Source: a virus
Taxonomy: Duplodnaviria; Caudoviricetes
DNA: 60,357 nt
Strand: one strand, 5' to 3'
IMG/VR virus record: IMGVR_UViG_3300044568_001950
Span: 1-60,357 of that record
A program made the translations under genes and the position numbers. Positions 9,317-20,097 of the stretch are shown here, piece by piece. Below the pieces are notes generated by a model, which made no database searches, was not told where the DNA came from, and was given only the letters and a program-made list of their open reading frames with translations. How positions within the stretch are numbered: position 1 is the first letter of the stretch; each line of letters starts with the position of its first letter.

Positions 9317-9682
9317 ATGGCACATTACGCATTTTTAGATGAAAATAATATTGTCACAGAAGTAATTGTAGGCAAGGACGAAGGCGAAGACGGCATTGAT
9401 TGGGAAATCAAATACGGCGATTTTCGTGGTCAAGTTTGTAAACGCACCAGTTATAATACTTATGGTGGAAAGCACCTTGATGGGGGCTATCCATTCCGAA
9501 AAAATTACGCCGGTATTGGATACACGTACGATGCCGATATCGACGCTTTCGTACCACCGAAGCCTTTCGCCTCATGGGTCTTGAACAGTGGCACGGCGCA
9601 GTGGGAAGCCCCGACTCAGATGCCGGATGACGGTAAAATGTACTCATGGAACGAAGCTACAACTTCTTGGATTGAGGTTTAA
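9317..9682 (+). CDS. Tail fibre accessory protein
   Basis: MAHYAFLDENN...RTSYN...FRKNYAGIGYTYD...FVPPKPFASW family seen beside Gly-rich fibre genes. Confidence 0.7.
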   Translation: MAHYAFLDENNIVTEVIVGKDEGEDGIDWEIKYGDFRGQVCKRTSYNTYGGKHLDGGYPFRKNYAGIGYTYDADIDAFVPPKPFASWVLNSGTAQWEAPTQMPDDGKMYSWNEATTSWIEV

Positions 9683-9684
9683 TT

Positions 9685-12600
9685 ATGTCTTTACGCTACC
9701 CCGGTGGATTGATTACCAAAAGCCCGACGGCGCCGACTACGTCCGCCGCTCCTGGTATATGGACCCTTGAACAAGCACTGCAGTACATCAAGGCCGGAAC
9801 ATGGCCCTTGTCTGTTTTAGGCGATCCGTATTTTGGCTACAACACATTGTTATTGCCGGGGCAGGGAACCAACGGGGCTAATAATAAGACGTTCTTGGAC
9901 TCAGGCACGGCAAACGGGGGAGTTCCGTTTACAGTAGTCACCAACGGTACACCGACTCAGGGTACGTTTACCCCGTTTAGTGAGGCTCCGGGGTATTGGA
10001 GTAACTATTTTGGAACAGCGGCACACTTCCTAAGCGTTGCAAATAACGCAGCCTTAAACCTGAGTGGCGGTGCATACACCATTGAGGGTTGGGTATATCC
10101 AAATGCTAACTACACATCATATAACGTATTAGTAGCAAAGCGGGTTGCAGGGGGCAGTGCATCAAGTGCTTGGGAACTATTTTTAGATGCTGGTACGGGA
10201 GTGCTTGCTTTTTATAACGGAACTGTCTATGCGTCTGCAGTAACACCACCGCCTAATCAATGGAGCCACTTTGCTGGAGTATATGACGGAACAAGTTTAA
10301 GCCTATATCTGAATGGCTATCGAGTTCTTGGCCCAACAGCAGTATCAAATACTGATTATTCTGCTGATCCAGTCATAGGATCTTATTTAACAACAAGCAG
10401 TAATTATGAGCAACTTTTTGGTTATCTTTCAAATGTAAGAATTACAAAGGGCGCTGCTCTTTACACAGGTTCAACTTACACCGTACCAACAGGGCCGTTG
10501 ACTACGACTGTATCTTCAGGAACGGTTTCGTTGTTGACCTGCCAAAGCAATCGCTATATCGACAACTCTGTTAATGCAGCCGTCATTACAGCAACCGGCT
10601 TACCATCCGTCCAAACATTCCAGCCCTTTGGCGCTCCAACATCTGCGTACAGCGCCGCTACGATTGGTGGTAGCGGGTACTTTGATGGTAGCGGAGATTA
10701 TTTGACTGTAACCGCCAACAACGCATTTAACTTTGGCACAGGCGATTTCACGGTTGAAGGTTGGATATACCCAACACGCTCTGGACTTAATGCAATTTGG
10801 ACTAATGGTCCAGCTTCGTCCGGTTCATTTGGGGTAGGTATAAATGCAAGCAACAAACTCCAAATGGATTATTACTTAGGCACAAGCCTTGCTGGGGCTA
10901 CGTCTGTTCAACTCTATGCATGGAATTATTTTGCATTTGTCCGCTCCGGAAGCAATCTTTACGTTTATTTAAATGGTGTTCGTGATGCCTCAACAACAAC
11001 ATCATCAAATAACTCAACCAATAGTTTTGCTTTAGGTCGCTTTTGGACAAATGATGCAACAAACGAAGCACTAGGATACATCTCCAATTTTAGGATAACA
11101 GATGCATCTGCACGATACACAAGCGCAACGATGACTGTGCCCACAGCGCCGTTAACAAACGACGCAAGCACTTCACTTTTACTTAATTTTACTAACACCG
11201 GCGTCCTTGATAACGCAGTATCCAACGACCTAGTAACGGTTGATAATGCTTCAATCAGCACGGCCCAGTTTAAGTGGGGCACAAGTTCCATTTCCTTGGA
11301 TGGTACGGGGGATTATTTATTTGCCCCTACGTCTCAAAACATAGCCTTTGGTACTGGTGACTTTACGTGGGAAGCATGGATCTACGTTACTACTGTGGGC
11401 GCTGGTGATAAACCAATCTATGAGTCTCGGTCAACAAACTCAAACACTGACGGGTTTACAGTTACGGCGTTCAGTTCTACAGTAATTCGAGTTTATACAA
11501 ACACGGTTGTTGTAACGGCAACAGTCCCCGATTATCTAAATACGTGGACGCATGTTGCATTTGTTCGTGCTGCTGGATTCTGTAAACTGTACGTCAATGG
11601 AAATCAATGTGCATCAGCAGCATTTACAAGCAACCTTACAAATACAACTGCGGCAGTAGGTGCAGGTCGATATGGTTCAACAAACCTAGACACATACCTC
11701 ACGGGTTATATTGCTGACTTGCGCCTTACTAAAGGTTACGCTCGGTACCTTTACAGTTTTACGCCCCCTACGGCTGCATTCCCGCTGTTCTATCAGGCTG
11801 CACCGACGCCGACAACGGATCCGTATTTTGATTACACAACCTTGTTGCTCGCTGGTAATCAGCCCAGTGGTGTCACGGACACGAACAACAACGTCTTCAA
11901 GGATTCCTCGGCCAATAACTTTACCATTACCAGGAACCCAGCTTCGGGACCCAATGCGCCAACGCAAGGCACGTTCACGCCGTTCTCCAAGGTTGATGGT
12001 AGATGGGGTAACTACTTTGATGGCAGCGGCGATATTTTATCAGCAGCAAGTAACGCCGCATTTGCACTTGGAACCGGAGACTTCACAGTAGAGACTTTTG
12101 CGTATTACGCCGCCCAATCAAATGTAGATGCTATTGCGGTAGCAAACTGGGACGGTGGTACTTGGGGTTCAAACAAATGGTCGTTACATCTAGACCACAC
12201 TAGTTATAGAGCCAAAGTTACATTTTGGTTCCACAATTATAGTTCATCTGCCCCGCTTTTAATTAGCACGACTACTTTAGCAATCGGTCAATGGTATCAC
12301 GTTGCAGTAAGTAGAAGTGGAAACACATTTAGATTGTTTATAAATGGTATTTTAGACGTAAGCGCTACTAATTCTACTAGCTTAGATGGTGGCACTAACT
12401 CTCCAATTTATGTGGGTGGTGGAGTTGGTGGCGCTGGATCGCAATACTTTAACGGGTATTTGTCTTCTACAAGGCTTGTTAAGGGAACAGCAGTTTACAC
12501 CGCATCCTTTACTACACCTACCTCTCCGCTTACAAACATTAGCGGTACATCCTTATTGACATGCCAGAGCAATCGCTTCAGAGACAATTCAACTAATGCT

Positions 12601-13773
12601 TTTGCTCTGACGGTATCGGGTAACCCATCTGTCCAAACCTTCTCCCCATTCCCGACTACTGCGTCCTACGATGCTAGCGTTAATGGCGGCTCTGGGTACT
12701 TTGATGGTACGGGTGATTATGTGCAAACGCCAAGTAATGCTGCGTTTGGGTTTGGTACCGGAGACTTCCATATTAGTTTTTGGGCTTACTTATTAAGCGA
12801 TGCTAATAAAACATTTTTTGGTAATGTCACAGACAACTTAAACTTGTATGTTGCAGCAAGCACAAAGTATATTGGTTTATATACGGGAACAACTAACGAC
12901 AGCACTACCCTTGCGCCGTTAAACCAATGGGCTTTTTTTGTTATCACCAGAACCGGGTCAACGCTTCAAGTTTACTTAAACAATACATCCATACTTTCAA
13001 TCTCAAACAGCACGAATTTTGCGACTACCTCTTACATAATTGGAAATAATAATGGTACGTCAAATATCAATGCGTACATTTCTAATTTCAAAATTGTTAA
13101 GGGTGTAGCTTGGACTCCTGCGGCTAACCCAACAGCACCACTAACATCCGATGCGAACACTTCGCTACTACTTAACTACACCAACGGCGGCATCATTGAC
13201 AACACCATGTCTAACGACTTGGAGACTGTGGGCAACGCATCAATAAGCACCACGCAGAGCAAGTTTGGTGGTTCGAGTATGTATTTTGATGGTACGGGTG
13301 ATTGGTTATTAGCAAAAGCATCGAATGTTTTATCATTTGAAACTGGTGATTTTACTATCGAGGGGTGGCTATATCCAACTGCCGTTACTGGGGCAGACCG
13401 CTGTTTATGGGACACCCGTGCTGTTAGCACAGATTCCGGTATGGTTTTATTTATAGATACAAACGGAAAACTGGCTACATACACATCAAGCGCATTAAGA
13501 CTTACCAGCGGTGCATCTTTATCTGCAAATACATGGACGCACTTTGCTTTAGTTAGATACAGCGGAACAATGGCGTTCTATATCAATGGTTTTCAATCTG
13601 GAACAGTGGCATACTCAACCACAATAACCTGTCCCGGAACGGTTTTTATTGGCGCAAGACAAGATAGCGCAGCTCCTTATACGGGATACATAGACGACCT
13701 TCGCATCACCAAAGGCATTGCCCGTTACGTCCAGAACTTCACACCGCCAACATCGGCGTTCCTAACTCTGTAA
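9685..13773 (+). CDS. Large tail fibre / receptor-binding protein with multiple ConA-like (LamG) domains
   Basis: 1362 aa; repeated GDFTxExWxY...WxHxAxVR...YxNG...GYIxxxRITKG units; two ~650-aa halves. Confidence 0.85.
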   Translation: MSLRYPGGLITKSPTAPTTSAAPGIWTLEQALQYIKAGTWPLSVLGDPYFGYNTLLLPGQGTNGANNKTFLDSGTANGGVPFTVVTNGTPTQGTFTPFSEAPGYWSNYFGTAAHFLSVANNAALNLSGGAYTIEGWVYPNANYTSYNVLVAKRVAGGSASSAWELFLDAGTGVLAFYNGTVYASAVTPPPNQWSHFAGVYDGTSLSLYLNGYRVLGPTAVSNTDYSADPVIGSYLTTSSNYEQLFGYLSNVRITKGAALYTGSTYTVPTGPLTTTVSSGTVSLLTCQSNRYIDNSVNAAVITATGLPSVQTFQPFGAPTSAYSAATIGGSGYFDGSGDYLTVTANNAFNFGTGDFTVEGWIYPTRSGLNAIWTNGPASSGSFGVGINASNKLQMDYYLGTSLAGATSVQLYAWNYFAFVRSGSNLYVYLNGVRDASTTTSSNNSTNSFALGRFWTNDATNEALGYISNFRITDASARYTSATMTVPTAPLTNDASTSLLLNFTNTGVLDNAVSNDLVTVDNASISTAQFKWGTSSISLDGTGDYLFAPTSQNIAFGTGDFTWEAWIYVTTVGAGDKPIYESRSTNSNTDGFTVTAFSSTVIRVYTNTVVVTATVPDYLNTWTHVAFVRAAGFCKLYVNGNQCASAAFTSNLTNTTAAVGAGRYGSTNLDTYLTGYIADLRLTKGYARYLYSFTPPTAAFPLFYQAAPTPTTDPYFDYTTLLLAGNQPSGVTDTNNNVFKDSSANNFTITRNPASGPNAPTQGTFTPFSKVDGRWGNYFDGSGDILSAASNAAFALGTGDFTVETFAYYAAQSNVDAIAVANWDGGTWGSNKWSLHLDHTSYRAKVTFWFHNYSSSAPLLISTTTLAIGQWYHVAVSRSGNTFRLFINGILDVSATNSTSLDGGTNSPIYVGGGVGGAGSQYFNGYLSSTRLVKGTAVYTASFTTPTSPLTNISGTSLLTCQSNRFRDNSTNAFALTVSGNPSVQTFSPFPTTASYDASVNGGSGYFDGTGDYVQTPSNAAFGFGTGDFHISFWAYLLSDANKTFFGNVTDNLNLYVAASTKYIGLYTGTTNDSTTLAPLNQWAFFVITRTGSTLQVYLNNTSILSISNSTNFATTSYIIGNNNGTSNINAYISNFKIVKGVAWTPAANPTAPLTSDANTSLLLNYTNGGIIDNTMSNDLETVGNASISTTQSKFGGSSMYFDGTGDWLLAKASNVLSFETGDFTIEGWLYPTAVTGADRCLWDTRAVSTDSGMVLFIDTNGKLATYTSSALRLTSGASLSANTWTHFALVRYSGTMAFYINGFQSGTVAYSTTITCPGTVFIGARQDSAAPYTGYIDDLRITKGIARYVQNFTPPTSAFLTL

Positions 13774-13782
13774 GGATTGATC

Positions 13783-14157
13783 ATGCCTTTATTTACTAAG
13801 AATGGTTCCATCCCTTGCGAGCAGACCGACGGCACGGAAGGGTGGATCTCGGCACCTGATAAGCCATCCTGTCCTGATGGAAAGGAAGTAACGTGGCTCA
13901 ATTGGGAATGGGTCGTCCGTGATCCTAAACCAGAAGACCGCCCTGGTTATCAGTGGAACTGGGATCATGGCCAAAAAACCTGGATTGAATACGTTTTTCC
14001 GTCAACGGCGGAAGTGCCACAGGTATTGGTCACAGAAACTCTCCAGGCGTTAGCTACCGAAGAAATCCAGGCACTGACCACGGAACAGATTCAGGCCCTG
14101 TCTACCACGCAGGTTTCTTCACTGACCACGGAACAACTTGGGGGATTAGGACAGTGA
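13783..14157 (+). CDS. Tail fibre assembly-like protein with C-terminal 8-aa repeats
   Basis: Trp-rich domain then (IQALTTEQ)-like repeats. Confidence 0.6.
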   Translation: MPLFTKNGSIPCEQTDGTEGWISAPDKPSCPDGKEVTWLNWEWVVRDPKPEDRPGYQWNWDHGQKTWIEYVFPSTAEVPQVLVTETLQALATEEIQALTTEQIQALSTTQVSSLTTEQLGGLGQ

Positions 14158-14363
14158 AACGCATTGTAGAGGCGCAGGAATTAGATGGGGTAATCGTTCC
14201 CAAGCACGAGGTCGAATTGCTTTGCAAAGAGTGTGGTTACGATCTTGACGAGTCTGAGGTAGAAGCAGACACCTGTGCTGATTGCGGTGCGGATCTTGAT
14301 CTCCAACAAAATGTTTCAATTCATACCACGACTATCCCTGCTGCTGGTGGCGGGGTGATGTAG
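14154..14363 (+). CDS. Small zinc-ribbon protein
   Basis: CKECG...CADCG. Confidence 0.65.
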   Translation: MKRIVEAQELDGVIVPKHEVELLCKECGYDLDESEVEADTCADCGADLDLQQNVSIHTTTIPAAGGGVM

Positions 14364-14439
14364 TGGGCTTTTGGGCATTGACTTTTATATTTTTATTGCT
14401 ACCTTGGGTTCTGTTTATTTAAGGACAGGGGAATGAATT

Positions 14440-14898
14440 TTGTCAGATTTAGATCCAATTATTGGTACTGCAAAGGCAGCAACAAAGAGCATTAAGTCTG
14501 CCATTGAGTCGGGCAGAGAGGTAAGTTCGGCAATAGAATCTATTCAGAATTTTGGAATGGCGGAAGTCAAAGCCCGCCACGCTTTTAAGACGGTACGTAA
14601 AAGTCAAGAAGGTGAGATAACAATCATGACCGCTATGGCGGAGTGGCGCAGGCTAGATCAAATACGCCGCATGGAGTTGGAAGTAAAGGACTTTCTGATC
14701 CAGCAGTTTGGGCACTTTAAGGGTGAAGAAGAGTTCGAGAAGATCAAGAAGATTAAAGAAGACATGATAGCTCGCCATACTAAAAATAAGGATGAGCTAG
14801 GTCGGGACGTCAAGAAGTTGCGAGAGTTGCAGATTATTTGTGTGATATTGGCGTTTATGGTTGTCACTATTTATTACATCATGAAGGGTCATCTGTAA
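14440..14898 (+). CDS. Hypothetical protein with C-terminal TM helix
   Basis: 152 aa, TTG start, hydrophobic C-terminus. Confidence 0.6.
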   Translation: MSDLDPIIGTAKAATKSIKSAIESGREVSSAIESIQNFGMAEVKARHAFKTVRKSQEGEITIMTAMAEWRRLDQIRRMELEVKDFLIQQFGHFKGEEEFEKIKKIKEDMIARHTKNKDELGRDVKKLRELQIICVILAFMVVTIYYIMKGHL

Positions 14899-15515
14899 TG
14901 GCTGAGGAAAAACTAAACGCTAATGACACGCTCTCTAAGGTGCTGGCGTACGTTGACTCGCCGTTTAAACTTATTGCCCTGATCCTCATGGCGGTGCTGG
15001 CCTTCGGTGGCTGGATGCTGTACGACAACAAAGACTTAATTGTAGGCACCTACAAAGAACATCAAAAGTTGCCGGACATCGTAGAAGACCGAGTTGAGGA
15101 CGCTGTAGCCCACTTATTTAAAACCACGGGTGCGACTACCGTGGCAGTGTTTAAAGTAAACCCCCTTCTGGGAACCCGAGTGCAATATCGGGCCTATACC
15201 AAAGAGGGCAGAGACAAGACGAACGATGGGCTAGACGTAGGACTCTTTACGGCCAACCAAGCCAACAATCAGGACGTAGTTAACCTCATGGCAGGCAACG
15301 TTCCGTGTAGCGATTACAAGGCAGCGCAGTCTGAGATTGGCCTGTGGTACATCGAAAAGGGTATGCGGTTTGGATGCAGGATCAGTATCCCGCCCGAGCC
15401 CAGTAGGTTCATAGGACAGATTACCGTGGGTTGGGATAAGCCCCCCGCTGATTTAGACCAGACCAGGGCGATGCTCAATATCGCCGCAACCATGCTTTCA
15501 AGGAGTAAGAAATAA
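14898..15515 (+). CDS. Membrane-anchored hypothetical protein (lysis region)
   Basis: TAATG-coupled ATG at 14898; N-terminal TM LIALILMAVLAFGGWMLY. Confidence 0.65.
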   Translation: MAEEKLNANDTLSKVLAYVDSPFKLIALILMAVLAFGGWMLYDNKDLIVGTYKEHQKLPDIVEDRVEDAVAHLFKTTGATTVAVFKVNPLLGTRVQYRAYTKEGRDKTNDGLDVGLFTANQANNQDVVNLMAGNVPCSDYKAAQSEIGLWYIEKGMRFGCRISIPPEPSRFIGQITVGWDKPPADLDQTRAMLNIAATMLSRSKK

Positions 15516-15916
15516 TGTTCCCGATCGCTGCTTTGTTATCCATTGGTGAGAAGGTGCTGGACAAGGTGTTACCGGATCCAGAAGCGCGGGCCAAGGCCCA
15601 AGCAATGTTATTAGAGATGCAGCAAAAGGGTGAACTTGCCCAATTACAAGCGGACATGAATGAGCAAGACAACCTGACCAAGCGGGCTGAGGCTGATATG
15701 AAGTCGGATTCTTGGCTATCCAAGAATATTCGCCCCATGACGCTTATCTACATCCTGACTGCCTACCTGGCTCTAGCCGTGATGGATGCTTTGGGATTAG
15801 ACATATCCGATACTTTCGTATCTTTGCTGGGCCAGTGGGGCATGCTGGTGATGTCATTTTATTTTGGCGGACGCACCCTTGAGAAGGTCATGGACATGAA
15901 GGCCAAGCAGAAATGA
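15515..15916 (+). CDS. Holin (3TM / GTA-type-like)
   Basis: SDSWLSKNIRPM, two TM segments, FYFGGRTLEK; adjacent to endolysin. Confidence 0.75.
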   Translation: MFPIAALLSIGEKVLDKVLPDPEARAKAQAMLLEMQQKGELAQLQADMNEQDNLTKRAEADMKSDSWLSKNIRPMTLIYILTAYLALAVMDALGLDISDTFVSLLGQWGMLVMSFYFGGRTLEKVMDMKAKQK

Positions 15917-16377
15917 ACCTGACCGCTAACTTCACCCTGTCAGAACTGGTAAAATCCGATACGGCATTGCGCCATGACATGGATAACACCCCTGGGGAGA
16001 TTGAGATTGAAAACCTTAAAAGATTGGCTGAGAAGGTTCTTCAGCCTGTTAGAGAACATTACCAAAGAGGCGTCAAAGTCAACTCGGGCTACCGCCACCC
16101 GGAAGTCAATGCCAAGGTCGGAGGCTCGAAAACGAGCGATCATTGCAAAGGCCAAGCAGCGGACATTGAAATCCCAGGCGTCCCAAACGCGGACCTCGCC
16201 CAATGGATCACGGAAAACCTCGACTTCACGCAAGTCATCCTCGAGTTCTACACGCAAGGTGTCCCGGACAGCGGCTGGGTCCACGTCAGCTACGACCCGC
16301 AAAACCTCAAGAAACAGAGCTTAACAGCCGTCAAAAAAGATGGTAAAACGGTATATCTACCGGGGATTGTTGCGTAA
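15913..16377 (+). CDS. Endolysin, peptidase M15A family
   Basis: NFTLSEL, SGYR...N..VGG..SDHCKGQAADI, WVHVS zinc-ligand motifs. Confidence 0.9.
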   Translation: MNLTANFTLSELVKSDTALRHDMDNTPGEIEIENLKRLAEKVLQPVREHYQRGVKVNSGYRHPEVNAKVGGSKTSDHCKGQAADIEIPGVPNADLAQWITENLDFTQVILEFYTQGVPDSGWVHVSYDPQNLKKQSLTAVKKDGKTVYLPGIVA

Positions 16378-18246
16378 ATGGCGTACTTTAGGTTAGCCCT
16401 CAAACCGGGCATTGACAAACAGAATACGGAGTATGGCGCCGAGGGTGGTTGGATCGACGGCGACTATATTCGTTTCCGTTATGGGCTGCCTGAGAAGCTT
16501 GGCGGCTGGACCACGTTCGGTCAAACTCCGGCATATCTTGTTGGCAACATAACCGACATCATTACTTGGAACGATTTGGAAGGTGCGCCATATTTAATAG
16601 CGGCAACAAACCGCAAGCTTTATGTATACCAGGGTGGCCTTTGGGCAGACATTACTCCGATTCGTGAGACTACTCCGGCAGGAGCGGTAACTTTTGCCGC
16701 ATCTACTGGCAGCGATATCGTTACGGTTACCGATGCTAACCATGGCGCAACTGCTGGAGACTTTGTCACTTTTAGCGGTGCGGTGAGTTTGGGTGGCGCA
16801 ATAACAGCGGCATATTTGAATGCCGAGTTTGAGATCCAACAGGTTCTAACAACCAGCACTTATAGAATTAAAGTTGGTGTCAACGCAACCTCTGGAGACA
16901 GCGGAAACGGCGGAGCAGCGGTTGTCGGCGCCTATCAAGTTAACGCCGGTAACATCGCTGGGTACTTTGACTTTGGTTGGGGCATTGGCACGTGGGGATA
17001 TTCCACTTGGGGTACGCCACGTACTGGTGTACAAAACTTCAAGCTCATTCCTGGCACATGGCAACTGGATAATTATGGTGAAGACGTTATTTGCCAAATT
17101 ACTAACGGCCCGGTTTATATCTGGGATACAAGCGCCGGTTTAGTTAATAACCGTGCTACTGCAATTGCTGGGGCTCCCACCAAGAGTTCTTATGCGCTTA
17201 TTTCTACTCCAGATCGGCACCTTATTTGTTTTGGTACGGAAAGCACCATTGGCACTCCATCAAGCCAAGACCCAATGTTTGTGCGGTTCTCCAACCAGGA
17301 GGACATCAGCACCTTTGCTGAGTCGGCAACAAATACCGCTGGTGGCCAGCGTCTAACTGACGGAAGCATTATCCTGTCCGCAATACGATCACGCGGTCAG
17401 ATCTTGATCTTTACAGACACATCCTTGCACGCCATGCAGTACATTGGCCCTCCTTATACCTTTGGATTCCAACAGCTTGGTGCAAACTGCGGATGTATTG
17501 GTGCCCACGCTGCTGTAGACATCAATGGTCTAGCCTTCTGGATGGGTACAGAGGCCTTCTATTTATTTGACGGTACGGTCAAAAAAATGCCTTGCACGGT
17601 CCAAGACTATGTGTTCAAGGATATCAATCTTGTTCAGGGCTACAAGACTGCAGCCGGGACAAACTCGCAGTTTAACGAGGTTACCTGGTACTACTGCTCG
17701 GCCAACTCGGATGTGATTGACCGCTCGGTTAGCTATAACTACTTAGAAAACGTTTGGTCCGTAGGAACGTTGTCCAGAACGGCATGGTCAGATATTGGCA
17801 CTTATGCCAAGCCAATAGCGTCTAATTACGAGCCGTTGTCTACAGATGCGACCATAAGCACTATTTATGGTCTGACTGCCGGTCGTTCAAGACTATTTAA
17901 TCACGAGGATGGATATGACGCGGATGGCGCTCCTATTTTTGCATATATTAAGTCTGGGTACTTTGATATTGGTGACGGTGACAATATGCTCTATATGCGC
18001 CGCTTTATCCCTGATTTCAAAAATCAGATACAAAATCTCACTGTACGCCTCTTGCTCAGACCCTATCCCCAGTCCTCGGCCCAGCCTTCCTCGCTCGACC
18101 CGTATGTCATTACGCCGACTACGCAAAAGGTTGATACGAGGGCAAGAGGACGACAAATCAGCCTTGGCATAGAGAGTGCTGACTTAGGTAGCAACTGGCG
18201 CTTTGGAACATTACGAGTGGACATCCAGCCTGATGGATTACGATGA
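16378..18246 (+). CDS. Tail tubular/nozzle (DNA stabilisation) protein
   Basis: 622 aa, beta-propeller-like; position before internal virion proteins. Confidence 0.65.
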   Translation: MAYFRLALKPGIDKQNTEYGAEGGWIDGDYIRFRYGLPEKLGGWTTFGQTPAYLVGNITDIITWNDLEGAPYLIAATNRKLYVYQGGLWADITPIRETTPAGAVTFAASTGSDIVTVTDANHGATAGDFVTFSGAVSLGGAITAAYLNAEFEIQQVLTTSTYRIKVGVNATSGDSGNGGAAVVGAYQVNAGNIAGYFDFGWGIGTWGYSTWGTPRTGVQNFKLIPGTWQLDNYGEDVICQITNGPVYIWDTSAGLVNNRATAIAGAPTKSSYALISTPDRHLICFGTESTIGTPSSQDPMFVRFSNQEDISTFAESATNTAGGQRLTDGSIILSAIRSRGQILIFTDTSLHAMQYIGPPYTFGFQQLGANCGCIGAHAAVDINGLAFWMGTEAFYLFDGTVKKMPCTVQDYVFKDINLVQGYKTAAGTNSQFNEVTWYYCSANSDVIDRSVSYNYLENVWSVGTLSRTAWSDIGTYAKPIASNYEPLSTDATISTIYGLTAGRSRLFNHEDGYDADGAPIFAYIKSGYFDIGDGDNMLYMRRFIPDFKNQIQNLTVRLLLRPYPQSSAQPSSLDPYVITPTTQKVDTRARGRQISLGIESADLGSNWRFGTLRVDIQPDGLR

Positions 18247-19673
18247 GCAAAATATTAAATGTCCGCTTACCCGACGCCTCTGGTGGAAACTATGACCCGC
18301 AAAAGTTTAACCAATTGGTTAGGTCGTTGGAACAAGTTATTCTGCAACTTAACAGTACTTACACGCCAGTTACAAGCGAAAACACGCAAGCAGCCTTGTC
18401 ATGGTTTGAAGCTGGTGGAGGACAGTGTGAAATGAATTCAGGCTCAACAGTTCCGATATCGATAGGCGGTACCAACACTGATGCGTTTGGTCGGTTGCGG
18501 GTATCCCAGCCTTACACCCTCTTTGATAGCCAAAACCGTTACGCTGCTGACAATCAATTTGACGTTGCAACAACCGGCACTGGGACTACAACATTCCTAT
18601 CCAACGAAGCCGCTGTCAAAATGGAAGTCACCAGTGGTGGCGTAGGTTCTGTTACACGGCAGTCGTTCCGTTCTTTCCCGTATCAACCCGGTAAAGGCCT
18701 GTTAGTGCTTGCTACCTTTGTGATGGACAGCAGCACTAGCGCTAACCTGACCCAGAGCGTTGGTTATTTTAACGCCAGTGACGGTGTGTTCTTTACGCGC
18801 ACTGGATCAACCAACTCGTTTGTGCTGCGATCAAGTTCTACCCCCACTCCGGGAACGCCTAGCGATGTTCGTACTGTTAATCAGTCAAGTTGGAATGGCG
18901 ACAAATTAGATGGCACCGGGGCTTCTGGGTTAACGCTAGACCCTACCAAGGCTCAGATTCTATGGATGGACTTTGAGTGGCTGGGTGTCGGTTCGGTGCG
19001 CTGTGGATTCATTATTGATGGACAGTACATCGTCTGCCATACCTTTGAAAATGCCAATGACATTACCAGCGTCTACATGACTACGGCTATTTTACCAGTA
19101 AGGTATTCAATTACTACAACAACCTCTGCCGTTGCCGCTTCAATGAAGGCTATTTGTTGCACGGTTATATCTGAAGGTGGTTTCGAGCAGACTTCGATTG
19201 ACCATGTAGCAAGGCGAACCACAGTCTTTACTAACATAGATACTGCCTCTACTTTTTACCCAATCGTGTCTATTCGTTTAGCATCTGGGCGCACAGGGGC
19301 GGTTGTTTTGCCTAACCGGGCACAGTTTTTACCTATTACTAACCAAAACTACGAAGTTGTTCTACTTAAGAATCCAACACTTACCGGAGCAACTTGGGCG
19401 GCTACCGTGGATTCAGACACAAACGTGCAGTATGACGTAGCGGCTACCGCCATTTCAGCCATAGGAACAATCGTCCAGACGGATTACATTACATCCTCTG
19501 GCAGTGGTGGGGTCTCCCAAACAAGCCTCCCAAACGACTACAACTTTGATTTACAGTTGGGGGCAAGCCTTGCCGGGGTAAGTGATATTTATACCCTTGG
19601 GGTTCGGACCGTGGACGGAGCCACCAAAGGAAGCGGGGTTGGGTCTATATCATTCTTTGACTTGACTCAGTAA
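18243..19673 (+). CDS. Virion structural protein
   Basis: 476 aa; DAFGRLRVSQPYTLFD and WLGVGSVRCGF motifs known from aquatic phage virion proteins. Confidence 0.65.
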   Translation: MSKILNVRLPDASGGNYDPQKFNQLVRSLEQVILQLNSTYTPVTSENTQAALSWFEAGGGQCEMNSGSTVPISIGGTNTDAFGRLRVSQPYTLFDSQNRYAADNQFDVATTGTGTTTFLSNEAAVKMEVTSGGVGSVTRQSFRSFPYQPGKGLLVLATFVMDSSTSANLTQSVGYFNASDGVFFTRTGSTNSFVLRSSSTPTPGTPSDVRTVNQSSWNGDKLDGTGASGLTLDPTKAQILWMDFEWLGVGSVRCGFIIDGQYIVCHTFENANDITSVYMTTAILPVRYSITTTTSAVAASMKAICCTVISEGGFEQTSIDHVARRTTVFTNIDTASTFYPIVSIRLASGRTGAVVLPNRAQFLPITNQNYEVVLLKNPTLTGATWAATVDSDTNVQYDVAATAISAIGTIVQTDYITSSGSGGVSQTSLPNDYNFDLQLGASLAGVSDIYTLGVRTVDGATKGSGVGSISFFDLTQ

Positions 19674-19681
19674 GGCTTGAC

Positions 19682-20014
19682 ATGGCAAATAAATATTTTC
19701 ACCAGGTTCTAATCCCGGCGGCAGCTACCGAGACGACTATTTATACCGTCCCAGCGGCTAATACCGGAATTATTAGGTCCTTGCGTGTCACAAATGCCGG
19801 GTCAGCCGGGGCTACCGTGACCGTGACCCAATACAACACCAGCGGCGGCACTACCCACTATTTATTGCGTGGGAAGTCCGTCCCGGTCAATACGACGATT
19901 GACGTTTTTTGCGGGGTCCCATGCGTCCTGGAGGCTGGAAACCTGCTAAAGATCACCTCTTCGGTGGCCTCTGTAACCTTTTATTTAAGCTATTTGGAAG
20001 TAGACAGAAACTAA
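19682..20014 (+). CDS. Small structural protein
   Basis: 110 aa, TTIYTVPA motif; resembles 8029..8406. Confidence 0.65.
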   Translation: MANKYFHQVLIPAAATETTIYTVPAANTGIIRSLRVTNAGSAGATVTVTQYNTSGGTTHYLLRGKSVPVNTTIDVFCGVPCVLEAGNLLKITSSVASVTFYLSYLEVDRN

Positions 20015-20042
20015 TGAAATACGTGATAATACCTGCCATATT

Positions 20043-20097
20043 CGCGTCCTTTCCCGACGCGCAGCCCTATGCGGCTATTGGCACAAACTGGAAAGGA
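20043..20097 (+). promoter_or_regulatory. Candidate RBS-sequestering pseudoknot leader
   Basis: CGCGTC/GACGCG stem whose loop CTTTCC(20049-54) complements GGAAAG(20090-95) in the RBS of 20103. Confidence 0.5.

Noticed and set aside
12100-12110. GCnTAnTAnGC in the tail-fibre gene matching four consecutive NN units of block 1
   Set aside because: Only 8 informative bases and the flanking units mismatch, so it is expected by chance. No self-target is claimed; a full search was not possible by eye.
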